Source: Neoconidiobolus thromboides FSU 785
Taxonomy: Eukaryota > Fungi > Entomophthoromycota
Assembly (NCBI GenBank): GCA_025603075.1
Contig: MU626288.1
Location: 62,001 to 126,000 of the forward strand
Direction: 5' to 3'
DNA length: 64,000 nucleotides
The notes under the pieces are model-generated. The model was not told where the DNA came from, ran no database searches, and saw nothing but the letters and a program-made list of their open reading frames with translations. This document shows, one piece after another, positions 28,259-41,128 of this stretch (positions are counted from its first letter, which is position 1; the number at the start of each line of letters is the position of its first letter). Both the position numbers and the translations under genes were made by a program.

Positions 28259-29267
28259 ATGATTTTAAATAACAATAAAAAGGAGTTAAATAATGAAGAA
28301 AATGTTACCTGTAATCAAGATAATAAGCCAATAATAGTGAATAAGAAAGAAAGTGATGTTAAAGAAAGTTGGAATGAAGAGAGAAGTAATGATATTATAT
28401 GGATAAATGGTAAACAAGAGAGCAATGATAATGAATCACCCATTAACGTCAAACAGGAAAAAAATAAAAGTCAAACTATGGTTAATATAAAAGATGAAGA
28501 TGAAGATTCAGAAAATCAGTCTTTTACCTCTTCCATTTTAGGTTTAAAACAAGCTATTATTCAACAACTTGATCAAGGTATTAAATTAATATCTTCTATC
28601 TCAGATCCTATTCTATTTATAAAGAAATCAAATTTAGTACCTAAAAGTACTATTGGTAAACATTTTCGTCATGTATTAGATCATTTCTATTGCTTGTTTA
28701 AAGGAATAGAAGAAAAAGAAGTAATTGTAGATTATGATTTAAGAGTTAGAGAGGTAAGTTGCATTGATTACAAACTATCGTTTATTTGTTTTATTATAAT
28801 AATATGTAGTATAAAAAGAAGCCAAGATTTAATATTTTATTTTAAATAGAAAAGTTTAGAATTAGAACCTAATAAAATGATAGAAGCTATGAAAGAATTG
28901 ATTATTAAAATCGAACATATGAATTTGGAATTGGAATTAGATATCAAAATTAAAAGTATAATTGAACCTTGTAAATCTAAATTTATAATCTCAAAATCAA
29001 GTTTAGTTAGAGAATTATGGTTTTGTACTCATCATGCTAGTAGGTTTAAATTATTCATTTCATTATTATTAAGAATTAATAAATTTACTATTAGTTCATC
29101 ATCACGCTTTGATTAAAGTTTTATGTTTCGAATTCAATATAAAAACAGATATTAATTTTGGTGTAGCTCCTTCTACTTTATATAAACGTCAATTATCAAA
29201 GGACGATGTAAATGCCAATACAAATTCTGAACTAAAGTATAAAAAAATAAGAGAAAATAAGCAATGA
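28259..29267 (+). CDS. DinB/YfiT-like putative metalloprotein, 3 exons
   Basis: Motifs IGKHFRHVLDHF, VDYDLRVRE and, after splicing, SSLVRELWFCTHHAIHHHALI and FGVAPST. Ends at TGA 29267. Confidence 0.75.
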
Positions 29268-29381
29268 GTTACAAATTATAAGTTATAAACTTTATTTTTA
29301 TTTTTTTTGTTAAATGTAACTGTAATACATTTTTTTATTATCATTTATATCTTTGTTTTTTCTTCATTTTATTTTCTTTAA

Positions 29382-30926
29382 TTATAAATTATTTTTAACA
29401 TATAGTTCCTTTACTTTCTTTAATCTTTTAGCTAGTTTTTTAATAATTGTATGACCACCAGCTATTTTATATTGTTGACAAAATTCAAAAGCTACTTCCA
29501 TTAAATTATCCATTTCAAAGATATCCACTTTTTGTTGGCTTCCATTAGGTAATTCAATTTCACAAGTAAACAAATAAGGACTATAATTAAAATCATTATT
29601 AATATCAATTCTTTTATGATGTGGTAATTTATGAAGGTCCATTTCATTAAATTTTTTATTTAATTGATCGATAGGAGAATCTTCATTTGATAAAAAATTA
29701 GATCCTAATAAATATAAGTCAATATCAATATTATTAAATAAAACAATATTTACTTTGATAATCCAAACAACCTTCTTGTTGTTCTATATTATCATACTTT
29801 GTTTTAATATGCTATAATATAATTAATACCTTATTTATTTATAATTTTATAATTTACTTCATCTTCAACATTATTTCTTAATCTATTATCAGTAATATTA
29901 TCACTAACATTGTATCTTAAATTATCATTGTAACATGTATTATTGTTATCCTCATCCTCATCATTATAATATTGATTTCTATTATCATAATAATGACTTC
30001 TTAATTTATCCTTGTAATAATAATTGTTATTATAATATTGATTCCTACTATTATTATAAATACTTCCTATATCAGTATGATAGTAATTATCATTATTATT
30101 ATATCTACCCCTGTTATTTATGCTATAATCATCATCATTAAATTGATTATTATTACTATAACTATGATAGCTATTATTTTGATCATCATATCGGTTATTA
30201 ATGTTACTATATTTATCATCCATATAATTGGGCCTTATATCTTTGTTCAAATTAACAGTTTGATCCCAATGATCTGGTATGTCTTGTTGTTTATTATAAA
30301 CTATGTTTTTGGGCTTCATTTTATCCACTAATAGCAATAATAATTAATATATGATCTTTTTATAGTTATAATTATTTCATACACTCATCATCCAAATAGT
30401 TGTCCTTAATATTACTATTACTTTGCTTAATAAATTTAATTACGATTACTATATAAATAAACAAATTTTATAGACTCGATAACTTACTTTTTTATCATAA
30501 ATATATTCTGCTTTTGATTCTTTTTTATTTGGTCTAAAATTGTTTCCTTTTCGATGTAATTGACCTGCGTTAGTACCATTTGAATTCACTATACTACCCC
30601 ATTGATTTGATGTTCTACTATTAGTATTGATGCTACTTTCATTACTTTGCTTTGATTCTACTTTACTAATATTAACCTGATTCTAAAAAACAAAAAACAA
30701 ATTTAATTTGGGATAAAATTCAATTTAGAGAATCTATCAATCTTACTCTGTCATTCCAACCTCCATGCCTATTTTCACTCCTTTCCATTCTGTTTATATT
30801 TTTATTGTTTGATTTACTTACATTCTCACTAGGTTTAAAATTTCTACCTGTACGATGTAAGTTACCTGCTTTTGGATCAATAATTTCTGGTCGTAAGGAG
30901 TTCCATGCATTTACAGTGTCATCCAT
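29382..30926 (-). CDS. Hypothetical N/D/Y-rich protein with a duplicated N-terminal motif and a small globular C-terminal domain, multi-exon
   Basis: ATG at 30926. Exon fragments overlap ORFs 30720-30965, 29831-30337 and 29382-29642 and are joined by GT-AG introns. Confidence 0.6.
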
Positions 30927-31618
30927 TATTGTATGATTAGGTTGAAGATTAGTTTTCGAATTCAAGAAAAGTTAAGAATTGATATTTTTTAAAAATTGAG
31001 TTGAATAAAAAGTGCACTTTTTTAATTTATAAAATATACAGGGTGATGACCTAATCATTTCTTATACATTAAAAAGTGAATATGTGATAGGGTTTAATAA
31101 ATGATAATAGATAGTTATTTAATGCTTTATTTAAAAATATAAGTAAAATGAATTGATTAATATAATACGTTATTTATATATAATATTTATTAGCATATCA
31201 GATTCTGCAAATTATTACTAAAACTATATGATAAATTGTAAGTTTTACAAATTAATGTACTTAATTTAACATCTAGATAATAAAAATTAATAAATTAAAT
31301 CAGATAGTTGTGACTATTTTGTTTTGGGATTAATAAATAAATAAATAGTAGTACTATTGTAGTCGATTCTTTTATAACTCTTTTATAAAACACATTATAC
31401 ATATAATAATATTCCATAATCGAAAAATCACTACTCTCAAGTACTCTGTCGTCACTAATAAATTTTAGCAAAAAAGCAAAATTGAACGAATATCAATTCG
31501 AATGCATAGAAAAAAACACCAAATCAGTCCATTTTAAATTCCAAATTTAACAAATAAAATTAAATATTCAATAATACAAAGGGATAAAATAGGTTCGAGA
31601 AAGTAATAAATTCAATGG

Positions 31619-34600
31619 ATGAAGATTTCTAACTTGTTATTTAATCGATCATTAAAAGTATTAAAGTAAAATAAACTGATATCATTATTTACAACTAATA
31701 CTAATATCCCCCTCCCTCTTTTTATTTAGTATGGCAAAATTATTGGATGGAAAAGTAGCATCGAAGTAAGTTTCTTTTTATTCCCTCATTTTCTATTATT
31801 TAATGTCAACTCAACTTTCATTTCTTCCTTTATAGGAATATTCGTGATGCATTAAAAATTGAAGTAGAAGATTGGAAGAATAAGTATCCAACATTTAAAC
31901 CTCACTTAGCCATTGTACAAGTGGGTGGTCGAGAGGACAGTTCCTTATATGTTAAAATGAAAGAAAAGGCAGCTTTAGAAGTAAGCATAAATTTTCTATT
32001 TGAAAAAAAACTATTTCTAATAAGTTAATGGTAGATTGGTATTGGTTTTTCTCATCTTAGTTTACCTGAAAATGTATCTCAATTTGAAGTAAGCTTTGAG
32101 GAATTAAATTTTATTTTGAATTTTAAAATGATTTAAATTATTTTTTCTGTTAGCTTATGACTCACATTAAACGCTTAAATGAAGATAATAATGTTCATGG
32201 ATTTTTGGTTCAACTACCATTGCCTGATGGTTTAGATGAAAAACAAGTCACGGATGCTATCCTTCCTTCAAAAGATGTGGATGGGTAAGAATAAGTTTGT
32301 TACTAGAGCTGTGAAAAGATTACTTATTTACTTACTTTTAGTTTTCATCCAACCAACATTGGCGATCTTTCTAAACGTAAAGCGGAGCCCATGTTTAAAG
32401 CTTGTACCCCATTGGGCTGTATTGAATTATTAAAACAATCAGGTGTTACTTTAGCTGGTAAACAAGCAGTTGTTGTTGGTCGTAGTGATATAGTAGTAAG
32501 TATTGTTATTAAATCTACAATAATTTGTTACTAATAGTTTATTTTAGGGCACCCCGGTCTTTCATTTATTGAACAATGAGAATTGTACTGTTACTTTATG
32601 TCATTCTCAAACTCAAAATCTACCTGAAATTGTAAATCATTATTTCAATTAGAATTTAGCTAAAATTAATGCTTAATCAACTAGGTAAAAACAGCAGATA
32701 TTCTAGTTGTGGCTATTGGTCAAGCCAATTACATTAAAGGAGAATGGGTTAAACCAGGAGCTGTTGTTATTGATGTGGGTATGAATTCCATTCCAGGTAA
32801 ATATCAATACACATCATCACCAAAAAAAAGTACAAAACTAACAGCCGCTTAGATGCCACTAAAAAGTCTGGCATGAGATGGACTGGAGACGTTGAATTTG
32901 AAGAAGCCAGTAAAGTAGCCTATGCCATTACTCCAGTACCTGGAGGTGTTGGGCCAATGACTGTTGCCTTTTTGTTAAAAAACACAGTCATTTCTGCTCA
33001 AAGATATTATCAATGGTCTACTGAACGTAAAGTTGTTCCTTTGAAATTAGACTTATTAGAACCTGTACCAAGGTGATTGAAATTTATATTTTATATTGAG
33101 GATGAAAGTACTAATAATATTTTTTAGCGATATCGATATTGCCTTAGCACAAACTCCTAAACCAATTAGTACTTTAGCTAAAGAATTAAATGTTTTAGAA
33201 TCTGAAGTAAATAATAATACAATAATGATAGCACATTATATTTATAAATTAAATAGTTGGAGCCCTATGGAGATTATAAAGCCAAAGTACGTTTAAATAT
33301 TTTAGAACGTTTAGAGCATCGTAAAAATGGTAATTATGTCGTAGTTACTGGGTAATCATTATCATTGATAATAATACCTTAATATTAAACATCCATTTAT
33401 TTTAGTATTAACCCTACACCCCTTGGCGAAGGTAAATCCACTACTACTATGGGATTATGTCAAGCTCTTAGTAGTCAACTTGGAAAAGTAGCCATTGCAT
33501 GTGTACGTCAACCATCTCAAGGGCCTACCTTTGGTATCAAAGGTGGTGCTGCAGGTGGCGGTTATTCTCAAGTTATTCCAATGGATGAATTTAATCTTCA
33601 TCTTACTGGAGATATCCATGCAATTACTGCAGCTAATAATTTATTAGCTGCTGCTATTGATGCTCGTATGTTTCATGAAGCTACTCAATCAGACAAAGCT
33701 TTATTTAGTAGATTATGTCCAGCTAAGAAAGGAGAACGTAAATTTGCAGATGTTATGTTGAAAAGATTAAGAGTAAATTTAATTACCATTTGACTTAATA
33801 ACAACTATATTAATAATTAAATAATAGAAATTAAACATTGATAAAACCAATCCAGATGATTTAACAGAAGAAGAAATTAGCAAATTTGCTAGATTAGATA
33901 TTGACCCAGAAACGATTACTTGGCAAAGAGTAGTTGATATTAATGATCGTTTCTTACGTCGTATTAATGTAGGATTAAATCCAACTGAAAAAGGGATGAC
34001 TAGAGAAACTGGTTATGATATTGCTGTTGCTTCCGAATGTATGGCTGTATTAGCATTAAGTACCTCTTTAAAAGATATGCGTGAAAGGTAAATTTAAAAA
34101 AATTACTGTATTATTTAATAACAAAATACTAAATAATAATAATATTTTAGATTAGGTAATATGGTAGTAGCTTCCAGTAAATCAGGCGATCCAATTACTG
34201 CTGATGATATTGGTATTGGTGGTGCTTTAACTGTATTAATGAAAGATGCTATTAAACCCAACTTGATGCAAACTTTAGAAGGAAGTGCGGTATTTGTCCA
34301 TGCAGGACCATTTGCTAATATTGCGCATGGAAATTCATCCATTTTGGCTGATCGTATAGCCTTAAAGATAGCTGGTGTAGATAACAATAGTGACCAAGAA
34401 GCCGGATTTGTAGTAACTGAAGCCGGATTTGGTGCAGATATTGGAATGGAGAAATTCTTTAATATTAAATGTAGAAATTCAGGTTTAGTACCTAATGTAG
34501 TAGTATTAGTAGCTACTATTAGAGCCTTAAAGATGCATGGTGGTGGACCAGAAGTTATACCAGGTAAACCATTACCAGTCGAATATACTGAGGAAAATTT

Positions 34601-35225
34601 AGAATTATTGGAAAAGGGATGCAATAATTTAATTCATCACATTAAAAATTGTCATAAATTTGGGATCCCAGTAGTGGTTGCTATTAATAAATTCTCTAGT
34701 GATACAGAAAAAGAAGAGGAATTGATTAAAGATTATGCAATGAATGCAGGTGCTTTTGCTGCCGTTACATCCAATCATTGGGCAAAAGGTGGTTTAGGGG
34801 CTGTTGATTTAGCTAATGCAGTAGTTGAAGCAAGTCAACAAGAAACTGATTTTAAATTATTATATCCATTAGAAGATTCCATTGAAACCAAAATTAACAA
34901 AATTTGTCAAGAAATTTATGGAGCTGATGGAGTAGAATTTTCCGAATTAGCTAAAAAGAAATTGGAATTATATACTCAACAAGGTTTCGATAAGCTTCCA
35001 ATTTGTATGGCAAAAACTCAGTATTCTTTGAGCTCGGATTCAAAAGCTAAGGGGGTACCTAAAGGTTTTGTTATTCCTATCAGAGATATTAAAGCTTCTG
35101 TAGGTGCTGGTTTCTTATATCCTTTAGTTGGGGAAATGCAAACAATGCCTGGTTTACCTACTAGACCTTGCTTTTTTGATGTGGATATTGATTTAGAGTC
35201 AGGCGAAGTTAAAGGATTATTTTAA
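31619..35225 (+). CDS. ADE3: C1-tetrahydrofolate synthase (trifunctional MTHFD1/Ade3/Mis1), multi-exon; second in-frame ATG at 31731
   Basis: Motifs [71 protein letters not shown] and C-terminal GLF*. Confidence 0.95.
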
Positions 35226-35438
35226 ACCTAAATAATGAGAATAAGAATAATAAATTAATATGTTATTTTTGAATAGTTTTAGGTTAATTTTCACTTTCAT
35301 TTTCATACTGTTTTAATTCCCTTCAATTTTTAAAAATTCAAGCCTTAAGTAAAAAGAATATTCGAAAATTAACTAAATCAAGTTTGATAAGTTTTTTAAA
35401 GATTTAAGTTTTTTTGGATAAATAGTTAAATAGTAGCA

Positions 35439-37366
35439 ATGAAACCAAGTGAACAAATAGAGCTTGAAATAAAGGAGAATAAAATAGAGAATACAATAGT
35501 AGAAGAGAAGATAACTGTAAATGGAATTGAAATAAAAGAAGAAATTGCTACAAAGTTAAGTGAGGATGAAACAATTACTGAAAAGGTCAGTGAGAAAATA
35601 AATGGGATTCAATTAACCAATTCAGAAGAAAAAGAAGAGGTGGGAAATAGTATACTGATAGTCGAAGAGGAAGCTACGAAAGAAATAGAAACAAATAGCG
35701 AAGATAATTTTACAAGGTTATCACAAGGAGAAGAAGAAGAAGAAGAAGGAGTTGTAGAAGAGTTATTAAAAGAACAAGAGCTACAATTGAACATTGATAT
35801 GATTACTTTATTTGAAGTGAGTAGTTAAATAGTATAGGAATTTTTTAAAATAATTTTTTAAACAAAATAACTTAATAGAGTGTTACTCTTAGCAAAAAAA
35901 ATTATGAAAAAAGAAAGTTATTAATTGAAAAAGTACAAGGTATATTAAATAGAGAATATCCAGAAGTAGAAATTAAAGTTTCATTATTTGGGTAAGATTA
36001 ATTTACCAATTTATTTATTTTCTAAAATGTTTGTTAATTTTTAATATTACAAATTAGATCAAGTGAAAATGGATTAGGTATGAAAATGAGTGATGTTGAT
36101 ATTTGTATATTAACTCCATGGGATGGGTTTAATGACGTTCGATTATTGGCTGAGTTACTAAAAAGGAGTAAGATGTTTAAAATAAACATATAAAATTAAT
36201 ATAATAAATAATCTTAATTAGATGGTTTTTCAAATATAAATTGTATATCACAAGCTAAAGTACCTATTATTAAAGCTTGGGATCCACAACTGTAAGTTAA
36301 TTAGATAAAATAGATTAATAATCGTTTTTTTTATTGACTTTATTTTTAGAAAATTAGCATGTGATATTAACGTGAATAATCCATTAGCTATTCATAATAC
36401 AGAACTAATTAAATGCTATGTAAATATTGATCCAAGGGTACAACCACTAGCTATTACAATTAAGTATTGGGCAAAACAAAGAGTATTAAATGATGCAGGT
36501 AAATAAATTAGAATGATAATAATAATAATAGTGATTTTTAATAATAATTTTTGTAATTATAGCTGCTGGTGGAACATTATCTACATATTCTTGGGTGAAT
36601 TTAATATTAAATTTTTTACAAACTAGACAACCACCAATATTACCTGTATTACATCAATTACCATATAAAAAAGAAATGGAATTAGGAGTGGATGTGGGTT
36701 ATTTTAAAAATATTAGTCTATTAAAAGGGTTTGGGTTGGCTAATAAAGAAACTTTAGGTGGTTTATTATTTGCATTTTTTAAGAAGTAAGTATTCATGTT
36801 GTTTAAAAAATTATTTATTAATCTTTTCTTCATTTTACATTAGATTTGGTTATGAATTTGATTATGATAATCAAATAATAAGTTTACGAGAGGGAAAATT
36901 AATAAATAAAATAGATAAAGGATGGGACCAAATGAAAGGAAATTTCTCATTATGTATTGAAGAAGTATTTAATGTGGAAAGAAATATAGGAAACAGTTGT
37001 GATTTGATATCAAGGTTAGGTTTAATATCTGAGTTTCAAAGGGGATGTAAAATATTATCCCAATCGAATAGTTTATATGAATTATGTCAAGGCTATTATG
37101 ATGAAGTAACAGAAAATTTAAATTATTTTGATGGTAAATTTTTGAATATTTTAGAAGATGACTGGGTTACCATCAATGAACATATTTATAGACAAAGCAC
37201 TATTAATGGGAATAATAATAATAATAATAGTAATAATAATAGTAATGGGAACAATATTGTTAAAGTTACTAAAAAAGATGGGCAAGTTCAGTTGTTCAGT
37301 TTAAATAATAGTAGTAATAATACAGGAAAAGATAAAAGTAAAAGTGGTATTAGAAATAGGAAATAA
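35439..37366 (+). CDS. Cid1/Cid13-like non-canonical poly(A)/poly(U) RNA polymerase, multi-exon
   Basis: Spliced motifs FGSSENGLGMKMSDVDICI, KVPIIK, CDINVNN, YWAKQRVLND, GTLSTYSW, plus a PAP-associated segment (LCIEEVFNVERN). Confidence 0.85.
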
Positions 37367-37734
37367 ATATGATAAATAAAAAGGATATTTATTTTTTTGT
37401 AAAAAAATAAATGAAATAATACTTAGTAATAGAAAATTGTATTGTGGATTTATTGATCAACTCTCATCTCCTAACTTCTTCTCTCTTTTTTCCCCTATCA
37501 ATAACTCTATCCTTCTCTTTTTTTCTTTTTTCAAATGATTTTGTCTTCTTTTTAAGTGTGGTAAATTAAAGTTATATTTTAACTATTATTAATATATAAT
37601 AAAAAAAATAAGGCTAACTAATTATATAATAAAAAATAGAATAGAATAAAAAAAATGAAATGTACAAAAAAAATAGTGCTGTTTATTGTTATTATTAATT
37701 ATTTACTCATACGCTTTCCTTATTATGTATAATA

Positions 37735-37835
37735 TATTTGGGTGTTTTTTATAGTTTTATCACTTTTTCCATTTTTTTAAAGCGCTATTTGAATGGAAAA
37801 CTTGCAATAAAATTCTTAAAAAATACATCCATATA
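37735..37835 (-). mobile_element. MITE-like element copy 8, 3 nt from the SSP-A stop codon
   Basis: ...AAGCGCTATTTGAATGGAAAA...AAATACATCCATA. Confidence 0.72.
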
Positions 37836-37838
37836 TAC

Positions 37839-38063
37839 TTAAACTTTAGTAGGAGCAGCAGATAACTTGTTTTTAATTTGATTACTGTTAGCCATGTTTT
37901 TAAAGTGAGAATTATCTAAAGCAAAGAAAGCTTGAGGAATAGGCTGTTGAAATTCACTATTAGTGGATTCTAAATTATTATTATTTTTATCAATAATAGG
38001 TTGTTTTAAGGACATGGATAGTATTAAGGGTAAAGAAGATAAGAAAATTAAATTAAATTGCAT
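37839..38063 (-). CDS. Small secreted protein, family SSP-A copy 1 (74 aa)
   Basis: Signal peptide MQFNLIFLSSLPLILSMS; TATA box near 38135; similar to the ORFs at 40895 and 43509. Confidence 0.7.
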   Translation of the reverse strand: MQFNLIFLSSLPLILSMSLKQPIIDKNNNNLESTNSEFQQPIPQAFFALDNSHFKNMANSNQIKNKLSAAPTKV

Positions 38064-38325
38064 GTTTGAACTTTGAATATTTTGTTGTCTTTGGCTTTAA
38101 AATGTTAAATTGTTGAAGAACTAATGAGTTGTTTATATACTCCGGGTATTTTAGAAGTTTTTTTCCGTAGGATGAGTTGAACGTTCAGATTTAATTTATT
38201 TATTATATAGGAAATTAAATATTGATTTCATTGAAAATCAATTAAATCGGAGAATTAGATTTTAATTTAATTTCTTTTTTTTTTGATTATTGTAAATAAA
38301 ATTTTAATATTTCTTAAAAAACAAA

Positions 38326-38376
38326 GTAATAAAATAAAATAATAAAATAATAAAATAATAAAATAATAAAATAAAA
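38326..38376. repeat. AT-rich microsatellite (AATAAAAT)n
   Basis: Tandem repeat visible in sequence. Confidence 0.8.
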
Positions 38377-38829
38377 TATCAAAGGTATTAGAGTTCTAAA
38401 CTTATAACGTGATAAAATCTCTTATACATATAGTTTGTTGTTTGACTTGAATGTAAGTTAATCTGCAACTCTTACAGTCAACTTTTACTAATTCAATGTT
38501 TTTATGCTTTGTACTTTCAATATTTAATCTCATTTACACAAAGTGCTAAATGCACTTAAGATTACAGTACTTAGTTTACAATAGTAATAATCAATAAAAA
38601 TAAATGTTAGTTTAAATTCCAAAACATTAAATCATACAGTTAAAATTTTTATATGACAAGTTCAGCATTTCATTAAATGTAAGAATATTCATTCATCTAG
38701 TGCTTTTAAAAATTATTCAATATTAAATTATAGCCTATATTTTTATAAAATCAAAATTCAAAAATGTCAAAATTGAAGAAACCCTATACTTTAGGATTTT
38801 TCTGCATCACATACAAGAGTCTTTAATCT

Positions 38830-39005
38830 TCAAACAAAACTGGGCAAAGCACTTTTGGGTGTATTAACTTTTTCAAGTTAGAATTCAGGGTCAATGAGGC
38901 GAGTACCTTGTAGAGTAGATAGTAAATTAATTTTATTTTTATTAACTTTGGTTTCTGGTAAAGAGATTGTTAAGATTGAAATGATGCAAGGAGTAAATAA
39001 TATTG
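38830..39005 (-). pseudogene. Decayed SSP-A paralogue with no ATG and an internal TAA
   Basis: Frame reads ILFTPCIISILTISLPETKVNKNKINL..., aligning with LIFSRSLPKANVDKSQNNM. Confidence 0.4.
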
Positions 39006-39964
39006 ATTTTGATTTTGATTTTTTATGATTAAATTTGTTTTAAACTTGGATAACAATCGCTTTTGGTGAAATCATTCATTATGAAACTGAATTTAGTTTA
39101 CAGTTGTTGCAACTCCCTTACGACCTAATTAACTGTATATTCATAAAAAAGGTTATGTTAAAATTCGCCTAAAATATATTAAATTTGACTTTAAAAAAAA
39201 CATATATATAAATAATTTGCTTATAGAAATTACAGTTGTAAAGTCGTAAAAGAGCTACAGGAGTTGTAACACGCAAGTCAAAATTTTAAAAATGTATTAA
39301 ATTTATCAATCCCCTTCCTCAAATGAAAACAACGTTAATAAGTGTTTAATAAAGAGTAGCACCTAATCACTTAATTCTTGACTATGCAACAAAAACCACA
39401 ATTGATATAAAACATAGCATAATAATTTATTTTACATATCTGTTTAAATCAATTAGAATGTTTTAACTAAATCAGTGCCTTTTTTTATACCGATGTGTAA
39501 ATATTTGAAAATGACAATGGATTGGCAGTAAACTTACAGTTTCATACGATAAAACTGAATAAAAAATTGATAACAGCTTAAACTTTATAATATCAAGCTA
39601 TAGTTTATAGGATTTTACCCTATATAGTCTTATTTTATCAAACTTATTAAATCCATTAAATTTTATTGAGAATAACTTTATCAGGTTTTTTATAGCTATG
39701 TATAGTTGATTTAAAAAGCTATATCAAATCTTATTTATTCAAAACCACTATAATTTCACTATAATTTAAAAGTATGCTTCTATTAAAATATAAAAAATAA
39801 TTCTGGTCTAATTTTTAGCTTGAGGTCTTATTATAAGATCATTGTTTAGAAGCACTAAAGGCCACAAATAAACCAAACAGATTAAACTAATGCGAATAAT
39901 TACTCAAAAGTATCTTCAGACCTTCAAATTCTTCTTATTTACATTAATCTTGACTATAATATCA

Positions 39965-40066
39965 ATAAGAGGATATATTTTTGTGTTTAAGAATTTTGCT
40001 AATAATTTTTCCACTCAAATAGCGATTAAAAGATGAAGTGATGAAGCCAAAAAAAACATCCTCATA
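39965..40066 (+). mobile_element. MITE-like element copy 9
   Basis: ...CCACTCAAATAGCGATT...AAAACATCCTCATA. Confidence 0.72.
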
Positions 40067-40109
40067 AACACATCTGTTATACTGGATCTATCTTGGGAGA
40101 TGGCTTGTT

Positions 40110-40330
40110 TAAACACTCTTATAATTTTTTCAAGTCCAATTTGTTTGTACAAATATTGCTTATAGTTTTAGAAAATAGACCCTTTATAATACATTTAGCT
40201 TATATGATAGCTTGTTCAACTACACTACTAGAAGATTTCAATTTATCCTTACTTTTATCACTGTTGTTTGGAACAGGAGGGTCAATAAAATTAAAGATAA
40301 TAATGTAAAAAGTCTATAAATGAATTACAT
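40110..40330 (-). pseudogene. Decayed SSP-A paralogue (ATG TAA, frameshift, internal TAA)
   Basis: M*FIYRLFTLLSLILL, then after a frameshift NSDKSKDKLKSSSSVVEQAII*AK, aligning with VDKSQNNMEAFDDGLKQTLSKAK. Confidence 0.55.
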
Positions 40331-40894
40331 TTTGAGAATAATTTTTTTATACCTATTTCTTTGATGATTATTTATATGTTAACTTTTTAAGGTATTTTCC
40401 ATAGTTTATGTTTAAGATAACTTATTATAAGAAATTAAAAATTAATTTCATACTAATATTTGGATTAAACAATAATTTCAACATTTATCTTTATCTCAAT
40501 AAAGTCACCTTTTTATAAAAATAATAGAAGAATGAGTTTAAACTTAAAATTAAGACAATTGTTAACATTAAATAGCAATCACTATAGCTATAAACTAGAC
40601 ATAAAAACTCTAATACAAGATGTTTATAGTTATAATCAAGTATTTTTGCTACAACTTCTACATTCAATTATTTAAAAGATAAAAAGATAAAAAGTTTAAC
40701 AACTGATACCTCTAATACTTAAGTCCATCCACATTAAATTCAAAAACATATAAGGTTATAATTTTGTTTTTTATACTTTTATTAAAGTAGGCCAGGGAAC
40801 ATAATTCAACTCAAATCCCACTACTAAATGCGACAAAAATAATGCAATAAAACTCCATCCCTATTTTAAACTTATTCAACTTAGAAGATGTTAC

Positions 40895-41128
40895 TTATGT
40901 TTTGGTATTAATTGATCTAATGCCGTCTAATTTAGAAAGGAATTGTTCAAAGTTAGAAGCAATATCCGAGACTTGCTTTTCAGAAGTAGATTTTGCTTTT
41001 GATAATGTTTGTTTTAATCCATCATCAAAAGCTTCCATGTTATTTTGACTTTTATCTACATTGGCTTTAGGTAATGAGCGAGAAAAGATTAATGGTAAGA
41101 ATACTAGAAACAAGTGAATGATATGCAT
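40895..41128 (-). CDS. Small secreted protein, family SSP-A copy (77 aa)
   Basis: Signal peptide MHIIHLFLVFLPLIFSRS-LP; TATA box near 41188. Confidence 0.7.
   Translation of the reverse strand: MHIIHLFLVFLPLIFSRSLPKANVDKSQNNMEAFDDGLKQTLSKAKSTSEKQVSDIASNFEQFLSKLDGIRSINTKT

Noticed and set aside
29935-30331. Plus-strand hydrophobic or Tyr-rich ORFs here and at 48018-48230
   Set aside because: These are antisense shadows of AAT-rich low-complexity coding sequence on the minus strand.
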